A DNA stretch of 64,000 nt from the human T2T-CHM13v2.0 reference genome, Homo sapiens (GCA_009914755.4 CP068257.2:25728001-25792000), one strand, 5' to 3'; numbered from the stretch's first letter, positions 28,701 to 42,914 are shown. The notes: generated from the sequence alone by a model not told the origin. Numbers and translations are program-made.

Positions 28701-31700
28701 ATCATCATCAGATCTTACTAAGACATCAAATGGATTAAAAAGTTCCTACGGTCTGGCTAAGGTAGGTACAACAAACTGGAAAGCCTGTTAAGGAAGAATA
28801 ATGACATTAGAAAAGGCAGGTTAAGGGCCTCTCTGCTGTTCAGTTAAGGATAAGAGCCAAAAATGGCCCAAAAATTCATGTGGAAGAATGATGATTTTAT
28901 GCTAACGTTGGCATGGTACTACTAAGAGTGTTTAAAGGATAAAGGATTACAAATGATTCCCAGCAGGCTGAACTCTTACACAAGTAATTCTATTCATAAA
29001 TGTTCTTTACTGGTTCTCATAGAATCAAAAAATTAATAATATAGATTTTTCCAAAAAATAAATAGTAGTAAGAATAATACTTATCTATTATTCATTATAA
29101 CAACCAAAGGGTTATATTAGCCTTGATACTAACAACCTTTCAAGTTAGATCTTATTACGTGATTTCATAGTTAATAAAATTGAGATCTGGACCGTTTAAG
29201 TAATTTGCCCAACTCACCTAGCTCTACGTACCAGAAACAGGCTTCCAGACCAGATATACAAAGTCCCATAGCACTCCTCATTCCCACTGTTCCACACTGC
29301 CTCCTGCAAAAGTTCATATTTACTTCTCTGCTCGTTAAGATAGAGATAAAAGATAAATAATTTAAACCAACAAAGGCACTGTATATAATTCCCTTTTAAC
29401 AGCTTTTTCATTAACTTGAGGTATTGGGGAACTGGGCTCAAATTAGTTGACAATTTAATGGTCTTAATCCCTCAAAGGTTTACTCAATTTATAAAGTTGG
29501 CAGAAACACGATTAATACCATTTGCCTTATGAAAACTATGGTTCCACAGTAAATAAACAAAGAATGTCACAAATGTGAGTTGTGCTCTGGAATAATAGGA
29601 AGATAGTTTAAGATGTGAAGAATGAGAGGTCACCATTATAGTAAACTATCTGCTGACAGATGATTGTTTTTATGTTTTTTGTAATTTCCACAAAATTTCC
29701 ACCTGAGGTCATTTTTAATTTATACCACACATTATCTCTCTTGATCCACCTTTTTCTTAAGGTACACTATGCTAAGGTTTTGTTTTTATTATCCCACCCA
29801 CATGCAGTTGGCCTACACAAACACACACACGCCCGGCCTGGGTTTTCTCCCAACACAAATACCCGTGGTATTCATACTATGGGAAAAAGAGTAGCTTGGT
29901 TAAAAGTTGATGTAGAAGTTTATTAATGTCCAAACCCAAACTTATTACATATTGTACAGGCAAATGCTACAAAATGATGAAGTTATGGAAGTAGAGTACT
30001 CAGAAGCTTAGAGGCCAAATATATATATTTTTATTTTGTCCAAAAAGAATATAAATATCATTGCCCCTAAACATGTGCATAATAGGAAACAAGGAAGGGC
30101 GTGACATCATTTGAAGAAAGTCAAGAATCACCTACACTCTTCCTTAAGTGTTTTTCTAATGGTGTGTTTTTTCACCTGAAAATACTACCTATAATTCTAT
30201 TAATATGATTTTTTTTCTCTCATACATACACACACAGAACACAATCATATTAATGAAAAAGAATGTTACCTGTGAGTGAAGGGTATTCAGTCAGGAATGC
30301 CACCAGTTTTACCTTAAAAAACAAAGACATATATACAGAATGGTCAAGTATGAAACTTAGCTGTACAGAACCCAGACAAGAAGAAAGGTGGGTTTCACAC
30401 TTAGGGAACTGCTGGTACATTCAGAACCAAAGAGAGCCTGTGAGGGGGAGCCCTGGGAAATAGGCGAGCTGAGAGGTAGGGAAAATCATGCATGTGCCAA
30501 TGGATGTGAAAGATATTTAAACGGATAAAGAATGACAGCTACAAAGTGGCCCATTGACTCACAGGCACGTTTACAGGTGCCGAGCAACGTATCAGCTCTT
30601 CTTCCCATTTTGGGGACGCTGGTTGTGTTGTCATGCATGTTTTTGCTCAGCAACACCTCCCGCACCTCTGCTTACCAGTACATGACATTAAAATACATGC
30701 ACTTTCACTTCTGAATTCCTTGTCCCCCAGCTGCAAGAATTTCATTTTGAGTGTATGTGGATTTTAAGTCATTCTGGTTGAGGATGATCACAAAAAGATG
30801 AAACTAGGAGATGGGGAGGGAAAAGGAAGACAAAACAGCAGGAAAAAACGCTTTGCCAAAGCAGCCACAGGAGAGATAAAAGAAGCCCAGCACTCACAAT
30901 CTTGTCTGAGGAAGGCAGCTCAGACATATGTGAAAGGGATTGATAGTGCCAGACCATAGTTCTCTGCTGGCACGCAGTACCTTAGAACAGAAAGTTAAGC
31001 CCTGGGTCCTTGTGAACAGCAGAAGAGGGCTGACAAACACCTGGTCCCCAGTGGCAGACTGAACGCGTTAAAAATGGTTACATGCAACTTTTTTCCATCT
31101 GAAGTATTCAAATTGCACAGTCTCTCTCATAGAATTAAAAATCAAAGTCATCATCAGAAAGATATTAAGTGTTTGGATGGAAGATCAGACCCTGAGGAAA
31201 AGAAAGTGCTTCTTAGAGTCTTACACGCAAACTGTCTGCCACAGAGCGCAATTTATAAGTATCTCATTTCAACCACGGAAGGAAAGAACGAAGGGTAAAA
31301 TGGAGATACATAAAATAATATTTATACTCTCTGGATCTAATATGTCATCTTTATAATTTTATTTTCATGAGTAATAAAAATCTTAAAAACAAACTTTTAT
31401 TAACGAGGTTAACCTGAAAATTGTCTCTTCATCATCTTTCGTCCCATAAGGTAAGGATCACACGTTGGGGCGCCTTCCTGCCACAGCCAGGAAACCTCAG
31501 TAAATGACAGCTCTTAGTTATAAGGTGTTAGAGTGATGAGGATTGTGCTAAGTTTGAGAGCACATGCCCGGTTTTTTAAAATTCAATTTTCTTAAACCAC
31601 TTGGTAAACCAAAGAAATAGGTCTGTGAGCCACAAGCTTTTCTCAGTCTGCCAGTTTTAACCTCTCAATGTCTTAAGTTCCTCAGCAGCAAACTGTCCTG

Positions 31701-31719
31701 CCACAGGGGCTTTTAAGTT

Positions 31720-31758
31720 AAAAAAAAAAAAAAAAAAAAAGAAAAGAAAAGAGAAAAG
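31720..31758. repeat. Poly(A)/(GAAAA)n tract
   Basis: The tract reads aaaaaaaaaaaaaaaaaaaaagaaaagaaaagagaaaag. Confidence 0.9.
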
Positions 31759-32024
31759 CACTAAAATGGAAATACAAACAAAGCAAAACCTTCAACTTAA
31801 GAAAATATGTGTTTTCCTAGACTTGTGGCTTTCAAACTTCAATTTCTGCTGTTATTTCTTTTTTTGAACACTTTGTGCTGAGTTGTTTTTTTTTCTTTGT
31901 ATTTGGTATGTGTTGATACTTCGACAGGAAGCTTATAAGGATGATATCCACTTTTGTGTGGTTTTATCAGAATGAATACTGGGGGAATAGAGGTATTCTA
32001 CTTGTAGATTAAAAACACAACATG

Positions 32025-32148
32025 TACATACGTGAATATATAAAACATACGCAAACCCACAAACATATACACACATGCAGTCACAGATATACAAACGTAC
32101 ATGTATACACATAAATACATACACACACACATACATGTACACACACAG
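32025..32148. repeat. Imperfect (CA/CATA)n simple repeat
   Basis: The repeat reads acatacgtgaatatataaaacatacgcaaacccacaaacatatacacacatgcagtcacagatatacaaacgtacatgtatacacataaatacatacacacacacatacatgtacacacacag. Confidence 0.85.
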
Positions 32149-32716
32149 AGATTCAGAAACACATTTGAGAAGTCTGCCAGGCCTTCTGAAATGTATAAAG
32201 ACTCCTGTGGGAGAATATTTTGGGCTCTCTGGCAAGGGTAGACCAGAGTTTGTTTTTAGTATGGATCAGAGTCTGCCCAGAAAGTACTCCATATTGCTGG
32301 CCCTGGTAACCCTTACCAACTTCCCTGCACCTCATTTTGACCTTGCCTGTAACTGAAAAACAAAAGCTGCTGCTTTTGTTACTCTTCTTTAAACTGAAAT
32401 TTAAGGGAAACATGGCCCCGTTTCTTCCTGATCATTACATCTCACACTTTCATTCTTGTTCCTCTGTCCTGGGTAGCAAGTATTTTTTTAAGTAGAAACT
32501 TCCTTCAAATGATTGGATATGCAGATGACTTTTCCGATCCTCAGCTGAGGTGGCCTAAACATAGATGTGTTCATTTGTCCTGTGTTATTTTATTACTTCT
32601 GCAAATTATATAAGTTGGGCAACATCTCCAAAATACTTAAGTATAACAAAACTAGAGCTAAGGTTTAGACTTAGCATTTCAGTAATTTTTTTTAATTGAA
32701 TGAAGACACTGATTTT

Positions 32717-32942
32717 GTTTTATTTTCTTCTATTTTTATTATGTTTTAAACTTTTACTTTAGGTTCAGGGGTATGTGTGCAGGTTTGTTATATTGGTAAA
32801 TTCATGTCACAGGTGTTTCTTGCATAGATTATTTTGTCACCTCAGTACTAAACCGAGTACCTACTAGTTACTTTTTCTGCTCCTCTCCCTCCTCCCAATC
32901 TCCACCATCAGGTAGGGCCCGGTGTCTGTTGTTCCCCTTTGT
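32717..32942 (-). mobile_element. L1 LINE 3' end, heavily 5'-truncated (~225 bp), with 14-bp TSD
   Basis: tttattatgttttaaacttttactttaggttcaggggtatgtgtgcaggtttgttatattggtaaattcatgtcacaggtg ... ctcctctccctcctcccaatctccaccatcaggtagggcccggtgtctgttgttcccctttgt is the antisense L1 3'UTR/ORF2 end. The TSD aagacactgatttt lies at 32703-32716 and 32943-32956. Confidence 0.85.
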
Positions 32943-35344
32943 AAGACACTGATTTTAATGGCTATCAAACCATTAAGACTGTTGATATTAGAAAATTTTG
33001 TGAGGTTATTGAAAATAATTATATAAGTTGGGCAACAACTTATTGACTTTGTTCTGTACCATATAGGCAAGAAGAATTCTACAAGTGAAATTGTGGTTAC
33101 AACTTTTAAACTATCTTAGATTAATTCTTGTGGTATGCAGAATCCTAAGATGGCCTCCAAAAATTCTGCCCCCTGTGTATATACCTTTTCTATCCCCTTC
33201 CTTAATTACAGAGGAAAGCTACACATATGATAGCTGTCACTGCCATGATTGTTATATAACAAAAGAGAAGCAGATTTGCACATACAATTATGGTTCCAAA
33301 TCAGTTGGACTGAAGTAATCAAGGGGAGAATATTTAGCAGGCCTAATGAGACAAACCCTTTCAAAGTGGATCTGGATGTCAGAGACTGTCTCTCCTGCTG
33401 GTTTTGGAGTAGCAGGCCACCAAGAGTTAGGTAATCACACAGAAGTTAAATTTGCCAATGACTTTATGGCCTTCTAAACCTTAGATGAGACATCAGCCCC
33501 AGCCGACACCTTAATTTCAGCTTTGTGAGACCCTAAGCAGAAGACTCAATTAGGCCATTCCCAGGTTCCTAATCCACGGAAATAGTTAGACAATCTATGT
33601 ATGTTCTTTTAAACTGCCAAATTCAAGATAATTTGTTATACAGCAAATGAAAACTAATACAACTCTCCTACTGAGTTTGCAAATACAGCAAAGCATAACC
33701 ATTTAACAGTTAAATAATACTAAAGTAAATCATTCTAAAATTAATGATTTATACTTCTTGTATTAATAATTTTAATAATCAATATTAATTGGTTATTAAA
33801 TATTATTACATATATAATAAGTAATATCAGTTCAATTCTTGCCGTATACCTAGTAAGACATGTCAAAACATTCTTTTTCAGTGTGACAGATTGATTGCTA
33901 AAGTTTTCCCATTTTTCTACTCTCTTGGTATCCATGCCCCAGGCAATTTAACTTTGTGTCTTTCATCAAGAGGTAGAATCTATTTGCTGTACTGGCGATG
34001 TGACTTGCTTTGGCCCGTAGAATATGTTGGAAACGATGGTGTGCCAGTTTCAAGCCTAGGTCTTAGGGAAGCCTGCATGTCTCTGGTCTCTTGGGACTCT
34101 ACCAAGACCTAAGAAAAACCTTAGGCTAGCTTGCTGTAGTATGAGACATGTGGACAAATCCTAATGGTTCCAACTATCCCAGACAGTCTGTGTTTAGCTA
34201 ACTCTTCGCCTGATCACAGATGCTTGAGCAATCTCAGTTGGGAGCAGCTAAGCCTCACTAGCTCAGCAGACCTATTCAGTGAACCCATAGGTAAGTAAGA
34301 AACAAAAAAATGTTAGTTGTTTTAAGCTATTATGTTTTGGTGCAGTTTGTTGCTCAACAATATATTGGTTATAGTTAATACATACAATAAATAATGTTTA
34401 TAATAAAAGCAAATACCATGATTGAATTTTATTTTGAATCTTTTTCATTTTTACAAAAGATAAAATAATAATTATACAGTATTTCCTGATACATTATAAT
34501 TACTGTATAATATGTATAACTTTATCATATTTACTGTGAAATAATAAATTCAAAATATCAATTTCAATATATGTTTTACACACTCATTTTGTAGATGCTT
34601 TATGTGATTTATAAATGCAAATATAAAACTTCTGTCCTCACTAACTGCTAGCCACAGAGTCAATGACAGGGATATTAAAAGTTATAAAGGCTTATCAACA
34701 ATATGATGCTTGGATGTGCGTCATTATAGTGTACTTCCGTATTTTTCAAGTTGTTCAGCCAGAGCGTGGAGATCTTCAGTAAGAAAACTCATTGTTCTTT
34801 GAAGACAACTTATTTTATCCTTGGATTGCTCTGAGCATTAAAAATGTTTTTCGTTATTTGGGCCAAACATTGTTGTCCTCTAATTTGTATGCACTGATCC
34901 TAGTTCTATCTGCTAGGGGGCTTAGGGCTCACGTAGGGCAGATTTAATTCCTGTTGCACCCAGGTTATGGTACTTTGTTATGGCAGCCATTAGGAAACTC
35001 ATACACCAACTAACCCCATAATACCACTAATTTTGACTAAATATTCTAATGTAGCAAATACTTTGTTACCCAGAGCCATGCCTTCTATAGGCACTCGACT
35101 ACAGGTATCTACAAATGATATTTTGGATAAATGTTTGCCACTGCATGCCGTGAACTACTAGTCCCCCTTTACCAATGGAAACAAGGTCATTATGCCTTTA
35201 ATATGCTCAAAACAGAGAATCATAGCCAGAATATTCAGAACTAATTAAGGAGAGAACTTATCCTTAAGATTCTATTTCTCTAGGACCACTCTGGTACACA
35301 ATTCTGTTTAAATCAAGTAAGAGAAAGGAAGAGAGAGGGAGAAA

Positions 35345-35470
35345 TGTGTGTGTGTATATATTACATATATATACACACGTACATATATATGCATATACAT
35401 ACACACACACATACATACTTATACATAAATATATAATAGATTCTTTCAAATATATACATATATAATGTTA
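35345..35470. repeat. (TG)n/(TA)n/(CATA)n compound simple repeat
   Basis: The repeat reads tgtgtgtgtgtatatattacatatatatacacacgtacatatatatgcatatacatacacacacacatacatacttatacataaatatataatag. Confidence 0.9.
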
Positions 35471-35753
35471 TTACCAGAATTTGGTCTTGCACCTTTGGGG
35501 AAGTGGGTTACGCAGCCTCTATAAAGCTGTCATCTTGCAACTGATACTGGAGTTGAAGTCTACAGAGCCGAAAGTGAGGAAGGGAACATGCACGTAAGTT
35601 GGTGAAGTCAAGCGCAAGCTAGAACTCACAAGCACTAATTAGAACCTCATGAGGACAGACTGAAATTCACATTAGTTGTTTCTGCCTCTGACTCTAGTGA
35701 CAAGTATATTCTGAAGAAGCTGGGCCTTTTTGTTGTGGAGATAAAGACAAAGA

Positions 35754-35778
35754 CACACACACACACACACACACACAC
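35754..35778. repeat. (CA)n microsatellite
   Basis: The repeat reads acacacacacacacacacacacacac. Confidence 0.95.
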
Positions 35779-38430
35779 GTCTGGCCTAAAAGTCAAAGAA
35801 GTGAAGGAAGACCTAGGGGAAGATAGAAGCTGCAGACAGCCATGGCTTCAAGTCAGTGAGATGAGTTAGCAGATCAGCAAAAGTCTCTATGAGCTGCGAC
35901 ATGTCTTCTCCTTTTCTTCCTTACTCCAAATAACCCTACAATCTTCATTTGTCCTGAAATTTCTATTTAATTCCACACTAAGTAGAAACACACAGGAAAG
36001 GAAATTCTGGAATATGCAGTTCAAGTTCAGTCTAGCCAAGTTAACACATTACAAAGTCATCACAAGCATCAGGCTTTTTATGACCTAGCCTGGGGTGTCA
36101 CAGTATAAACTTAGGGTGTTTGACTGACCTAGTCTATTGTCAATTCCACCTGTCTGTTCTTCACAGTCCCACCGGGAATAAAAAACCTCACATTTCATAA
36201 GGATAATTGTCAAATAATTTGTGGTCATATTTTAAGAGGTACACAGTAGATGTGTGTGTATGTGTGTTTGTGTGTGCATGTGTATGTGAGAGAGGGAAAT
36301 CGACTGGCATAGAAAATATGGTAAAATGTTGAAAATTGGGGAATCTGGGTGCAGGAAGTAAGAAATATTATTTTTACTGCTTTTGCAGCTTTTTCATCAT
36401 TTTAAATTCTTGAAAAGAACAACATGAGAGAATGGAGGTAGCAACCTAAGGAGAAGTAGATGTTTACTCACATGTATAAAGTTCATTATTTTTCATTATC
36501 ATGTTTTAACAAATTATTTGAAGAGTTAATGAGAAAAAAACGAAGCATGTCTCTACTCTTTGTGTGTCAGATAGCTTCCCCACCTAAATGTCACTGGCTT
36601 GACAGTGCAAAAGAGAGTTGTACGGAACACGCATTTAATTTGAACCAGTAGATTAGCTTAGACGTTTAAATTATCTAGTTACTATAATAATTTACTATTT
36701 TTCTTCTAAACAGAAAAATATCAACTTTATATAGCCATATTTTCTAAACTTGAGGGTACATGAAAGGAATTTCTGCTAACCAGATGTTTTCTTCTTTGCA
36801 TGTAAAGTGGGTCAGTTAAAATTTTGTTATCCAGCATTTCATGTTTTCCAAATAGGCTTGTTTCAGTGATTTGATGAAAATTTGCTAATTTGCCAAGATA
36901 CATCTTTTTCTGAGTGCCAAAAGTTTTAATCTTTTTCTGATTGATTCTTGCTGTCACTCCTTCAGTTTCAGCATGAATGTCAGGGCCCCCTGAACTGCTT
37001 GCAGTCCTGCTCCACTTTCTCAGATAGTTTAGAATTACAGCTTCAGTCTAGGATTGAATGTGGTCATTTCAATCATTTTCCGTTCCCCGAAGAGACTATA
37101 ATTCTCTTATAAAATGCTTATTAGGGAAGACATTGGGAATTCAGAACAATTTTATTTTCTGCTTATCTTCCAAGGGCCATGAGATCAGGATCCAGATGTT
37201 CTGACTCAGCCAAAGGCAGGACTGTTCCCTGGCAAAGGAAAAGTGAGATTATGCATGCAGGAAGCAAAGAGGACTGGGAATGCATATGCCTAAGTGATAG
37301 ATATACCAGCATAGCCACTTCTAATATATTTACTGAGACAGAGAACATAAAGGCTTGTTAGAAGACTGAAGTGTCCTTTGACTGTAACCATTGTAAATGC
37401 AGTTGAAAAATAAAAGATTACATAACAAATTGAAACAAGTATAACAGGGTTATTGAGAAAATAGGTTATCTTGTTTCATACAGTTGGGAAGGTTCAAGTT
37501 AGAGTAGTAGCAGGGAAAGATTTTAAAAGCATCATTACACTTGCTATTAAACAGGAATCATCCTTGCTCTCCCTTCTTTGCTCATTTTTGTACTCCCCAA
37601 GCATCCTCTTCCTGTTTCTACGATTTTTTTTTCTGTCTTCCAACCAAATAAAATGCTATCTGAAAACAGCCGTTTTAAATCTATTTTTACTTCTTTTTCT
37701 TTGTTTCTCCACAGTTGCATTTGCTTACACTGAGAACATATTCCAAGAAGCAAAATAAATTCAGTTTGTGTTTTAATTTTTGAACAACAAATACAAACTA
37801 CTATTAAAGCATTTGTCATCTTTTCTAGTTAAGTTCCTTCATGTCTCCTTCTTTGCCCATTCCAGCTCTCTATATACACGGTTCATCACATCATTCAGGC
37901 TTATACCCAAATGCCATTTCAGAAAGCATAACCTGTGCTACATGTTACCTGAAGCACGCTTCAATTTCAACTAACATGCTTCACTGAAATTTCAAAATAA
38001 TGCTAAATATGATGTCATTTTAATGGCTTATAAGAAAAAGACTTTTGCACATGCATATGCAAAAGTCCATAAAGCAATATCTACGAGAAGTTTCCATCTT
38101 TAAATGAGACAGAGTGAAAAACAAAACAAGCAACTTTTGTCAGTAACCCTCAGCTTACTTGGAGACTTGCCAATTACTATAAGAATGCTGAGTTTTGTAT
38201 TCCTAATTAGTGTGGAGCGTATTGTGCCTTGCTGTCAATTTCCACACAACGAATGGCTTACTGATTCTGACGCTTCCTTCAGCTGAGGGATTACTACTCA
38301 TGAAGCTGACAAAGCTGTGAAAGATGGTGTTAGGCAAGTAAAGCTCAGCGGGCTTTTATGTTGAAAATTTTCTTGGAAGAATGCTAACTTCTATCAAAAA
38401 GTCCATGCCAGGCAGGATAGCTCTAGTGAT

Positions 38431-38825
38431 TATATACATATACATATATATATACACACACACACATTTATGTACACATACGCACACACATATATGTATA
38501 TACATATGTGCATTTTATGTACATATATTTGCTATATAATACAGGTGATATATATAACACATTATATATATTATATAAAATATGTATATATAAATAATAT
38601 ATATTATACATAATATTATACATCTCACCTATATTATATAGCAAATATATGTGATATATATATCTGATATATATGTATGTGATATATACATGCATATGAT
38701 ATATATGTATATCTTGTATACATATGTACATTTAATATATAATACAGTTAATATATACTTTATATATAATACCAGTGAAATAGTCAGTATATTGTATATT
38801 CTATATGTAATACCAGTGATATTAT
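38431..38825. repeat. ~400-bp AT-rich complex simple repeat ((TATATG)n/(TATA)n/(CATATA)n mosaics)
   Basis: The block runs continuously as tatatacatatacatatatatatacacacacacacatttatgtacacatacgcacacacatatatgtatatacatatgtgc ... tgatatatatgtatgtgatatatacatgcatatgatatatatgtatatcttgtatacatatgtacatttaatatataatacag ... Confidence 0.9.
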
Positions 38826-40252
38826 TAACCAGTCCTGGACGCAGTTAAATAGAGTAGGCTTGCAAACAATTTGCATGTCAGACTGAAATTAAACTTAAAC
38901 CTCTGCCCCTTAACAAGCCATACTATTTCAAACTTTAAAAAGACTGTAAGGATCATCTAGTCTACTTGTCATCAGCTAGGGAACTCATCTCTTTTATGAT
39001 GTTTTCAGTAGGTACCCAACCCATTTCTGCTTGTTGCAGTCTTTGCACTGTACGCTTAGGAGTCAGATACACTTGGCTTTACATGTTCACTGCAATTCTT
39101 AGCTCTGAGATCTGGGGAAACCTTCTGGGTCTGTTTTCCTCATTTAAATGAGGGTAATATTAGGCATTTCATGTGGTTCTGGGGATTCTGCAAGGTAATA
39201 TATTTAACATTCCCATTATAGAGACCAGAACAATATTTGTTTAATAAATACGTTTCTTTATCCATTCCTTCCAGTTCTGGGAAGGTCATTAACTTCCCAA
39301 TCAGTTTGTTCCACTGTTGAGCTGGAAGAGTTGTTAGAAAGTTCTTTCTTGTACTATAATCTGCCTTTCTGTTATTCTCATCTGTACTTTTCAGTTGTGG
39401 CTTTGAGCTTCCCAGAAGTAGTTTCTGTCTATTCCCATAAGTTAGTAGGTATTGTTTGAAGATGGTAGAATCACCCTATTTTTATCCAGAGTATATATTC
39501 TCAGTTACTTTTACTAATTTTCAATTGATATGGTTTCTGTACAGTTTAACTGTACAGTCTGTTAAAGCAAACTAAATATCACCTGAGAAGGACTCTGTAC
39601 TTCTATATTTGAGTCGTTGTGGATGAACCATAACCTAGTTTAAGAGTCAGAGAAGATTAAAAACCTACCTTAGGAATATGTGCCTGTAACAATAGCTAAG
39701 TCCTGGCTAATCCCAGCCACCATACTTCAATTATTCACACATTGCTGAGTGTTTATTCTGTGTTCAGATAAGGCAAATGCCGAGCTGTAACCAGTCCAGG
39801 CATTCTGTAACTCACTTCCAATTTCTGTACATAATTTTTCTATTTTTGTCTATAAATCTTCTTCCACCACATGACTGTGGCTGTGCTGGAGTCTCTGTGA
39901 ATCTGCTGCGATTTGGGGGCTGCTTAATTTGTGAATCATTCATTGCTCACTTAAACTCCCTTAAATTTAATTTGTCTGAAGTTTTTCTTTTATCAAGTCC
40001 TATCGTACTGGACAAAATTAAGTAGCTGAATGACCCAATCTCTTCTTCCTCAAACTATCCATATTCATCACTCGGAATTTCTGAACACTATATTTAAATT
40101 CATTATGATTTAACTATTTTTTAAATTACATTCAATTTCTAATCACATAAAACCTAGCGATTTTCATGGGAGAACCCACTGGAATTGTATTTTACGACTT
40201 CCTTGTCATTGTCACACAAACCCAAGCATGAGTCCTAAATCTAGCTCTATAT

Positions 40253-40795
40253 TAGTCAGGGTTCTCTAGAGGGACAGGACTAATAAGATAGATGTATATA
40301 TGAAGGAGAGTTTACTAAGGAGTATTGACTTACACGATCACAAGGTGAACTCTCACAATAGGCCATCTGCAAGCTGATGAGAAGGAAGCCAGCCTGTGTC
40401 CCAAAACCTCAAAAGTAGGGAAGCTGGTAGTGCAGCCTTCAGTCTGTGGTCAAAGGGCCAAGAGCCCTGGGCAAACCACTGGTGTAAGCCCAAGAGTCCA
40501 AAAGCTGAAGAACTTGGTGTCCAGTGTTTGAGGAGAGGAAACATCCAGCACAGGAGAAAGATGAAGGCTGGAAGACTTAGCCAGTCTAGTCCTTCCACCT
40601 TCCTCTATCTGCTTTATCCTAGCCACGCTGGCAGCTGATTAGATGGTGCCCACCCAGACTGAGGGTTTGTCTGCCTCTCCCAGTCCACTGACTCAAATGT
40701 TAATCTCCTTTGGCAACACCGTCACAGACACACCTGGAACAATACTTTGCATCCTTCAATCCAATCAAATTGACACTCAGTAATAACCATCACAA
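40253..40795 (+). mobile_element. LTR-like interspersed repeat (TG..CA-bounded; ERVL/MLT2-like is a guess)
   Basis: tagtcagggttctctagagggacaggactaataagatagatgtatatatgaaggagagtttactaaggag ... ccacgctggcagctgattagatggtgcccacccagactgagggtttgtctgcctctcccagtccactgactcaaatgttaatctcctttggcaacaccgtcacagacacacctggaacaatactttgcatccttcaatccaatcaaattgacactcagtaataaccatcacaag matches a common mammalian repeat I recognise. Its usual form is cagggttctccagagaaacagaacc ... gatggtgcccacccacattg ... aaccatcaca. A related copy appears to lie at ~7671-8070. The family name is not certain. Confidence 0.6.
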
Positions 40796-41199
40796 GTCCA
40801 CTCGTTGTCGACTTGAACCCATATACACCTCCTGAAATCAAACATAATCTTCAAATAAAGACAATAATACGGTCATAATTATGCCTAACATAATACAGCT
40901 ATCCTTTGTACAACCAAAACGCATCGATCTCCAACCTAGATGCTATGACATAAAGTTAACAACACTTAAATTCTCATATGAAGTCAATAAATCTTATGTC
41001 ACACGACAAAGAAAAAAGAAAGGAAATAAAACGAAGATATGTTAGTACAAGTGTATACATGCACAAACATGTTCTTAACAAAATAAGAAGGAAATACTCA
41101 TTACAATTATAGTCTTCTTTTCTACAATTGGTCATGTGGTCATAGCTGGTATTGATGACTACATTCTTCTACTACTCATTCTATATTCTGTTTGCCTTC

Positions 41200-42310
41200 A
41201 GCAAGCACCTCAGCAGTCATGGATTTTTACCTGGTGAAGTGACCCCAAACCTTCATTTCTAAAGAGTCTGGGCCATTTGTAGTCCTTCCCAGACTGGGCT
41301 GTTGTAGTTTCCCATTGACCTTAATCACACGGCTTGGTAATACTAAGAGATGCCCTAAGGGCTCGTGTATTCCACCCATACTCTTCCTTATCTCCATTGT
41401 GGAGTAGTAGACTTGCACAGCAGCCTGGACCTGTTGCAGAGCCTTCTCCTGTTCTGGACCCCACTCAAAGCTGGCAGCCTTTTGGGTCACTCGATAAATG
41501 GGCCAGAGTAATACACCCAAATGAGGAATGTGTTGCCTCCAAAATCCAAGTAGGCCCACTGGGCATTGTGCCTGTTTCTTGGTTGTAGGAGGGGCCAAAG
41601 GTAGCAAGTTATCCTTCACCTTAGAAGGCATATCTCAACAGGCCCCACACCACTGGACCCCTAGAAATTTTACTGAGGTAGAAGGTCCCTGAATTTTAGT
41701 CAGATTTATTTCCCATCCCCTGGCATTCAAATGTCTCACCCATAAGTACAGTGTGTTTTGCTACTTATCATTCACTGGATCCAATCAGCATAACGTCATC
41801 AATGCAATGGACCAGTGTGATATCTTGTGGAAGGGAAAAGCAATCAAGATCTCTGCAAACAAGATTATGGCACAAAGCTGGAGGGTTGATATACCCCTGA
41901 AGTAGGACAGTGACAGTTTATTGCTGGCTTTGCCAGCTGAAGGCAAATTACTTCCGGTGGGCCTTCTGGGCAGGAATGGAGAAAAAGGCATTTGCCAAAT
42001 CAATGGCTACATACCAGGTACCAGAAGATGTGTTAATTTGCTCAAGCAATGAAACCACATCTGGTACAGCAGCTGCAACTGGAGTCGCATTTGGTTAAAC
42101 TTATGATAATCCACTGTCATTCTCCAAGATCCATTTGTCTTCTGCACAGGCCAAATAGAAGATTTGAACAGGGAGTGGAATCACCTCTCCCGTGTCTTTC
42201 AAGTCCTTGAGGGTGGCACTAATCTCTGGCTTCCCTCCAGGGATGTGATATTGTTTTTGATTCACTCTTTTTTCTTTGTCATGTAACATAAGATTTATTG
42301 ACTTCATATG
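41200..42310 (-). mobile_element. Endogenous retrovirus internal fragment: degenerate pol (RT motif-A region through RT connection domain)
   Basis: Three minus-strand ORFs are in retroviral order. 42307-42101 carries ..[16 protein letters not shown].., similar to RT motif A (LDLKDAFF..IPL). 41631-41227 carries LLGFWRQHIPHLGVLLWPIYRVTQKAASFEWGPEQEKALQQVQAAVQ, matching the conserved FLG.AGFCR.WIP.F...A.PLY.LTK....F.WGP.QQKA.Q..K.AL block of gamma-like or ERV pol. The frames are broken by stops and frameshifts. Confidence 0.7.
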
Positions 42311-42593
42311 GCTGCTGTTGGTTTCCCATGTAATTAAAATGCCCTCTGGGTCAATAGAATCAAATATTTAAACCAATTAATGAAATAAATAATTATACAC
42401 ATCTATCACTGTATACAGTAAAATAAATATTATTTGCATTGTTCTTTAGTCAGTGAACAACGACCTCCTCTTTTCTTGAGTTGATATGAAAGTTGCAAGG
42501 TCGACAGTTAACTCATTAAAGAAAAAAAATCATAGAGATTAAGATAAGGGATAATTACATAGTTTTATGTGTATTTACCTGAAATGTTGTTAA

Positions 42594-42914
<321 letters not shown>

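Noticed and set aside
38468-38848. Tyr/Ile-rich ORFs
   Set aside because: They are translations of the AT-rich (TATATG)n mosaic repeat.
41227-42307. Possibility that the ERV pol ORFs (134, 72 and 68 aa) represent an expressed retroviral or domesticated gene
   Set aside because: The reading frame is broken at least twice within about 1.1 kb and the YxDD catalytic region is not recoverable. This is a degenerate fragment.
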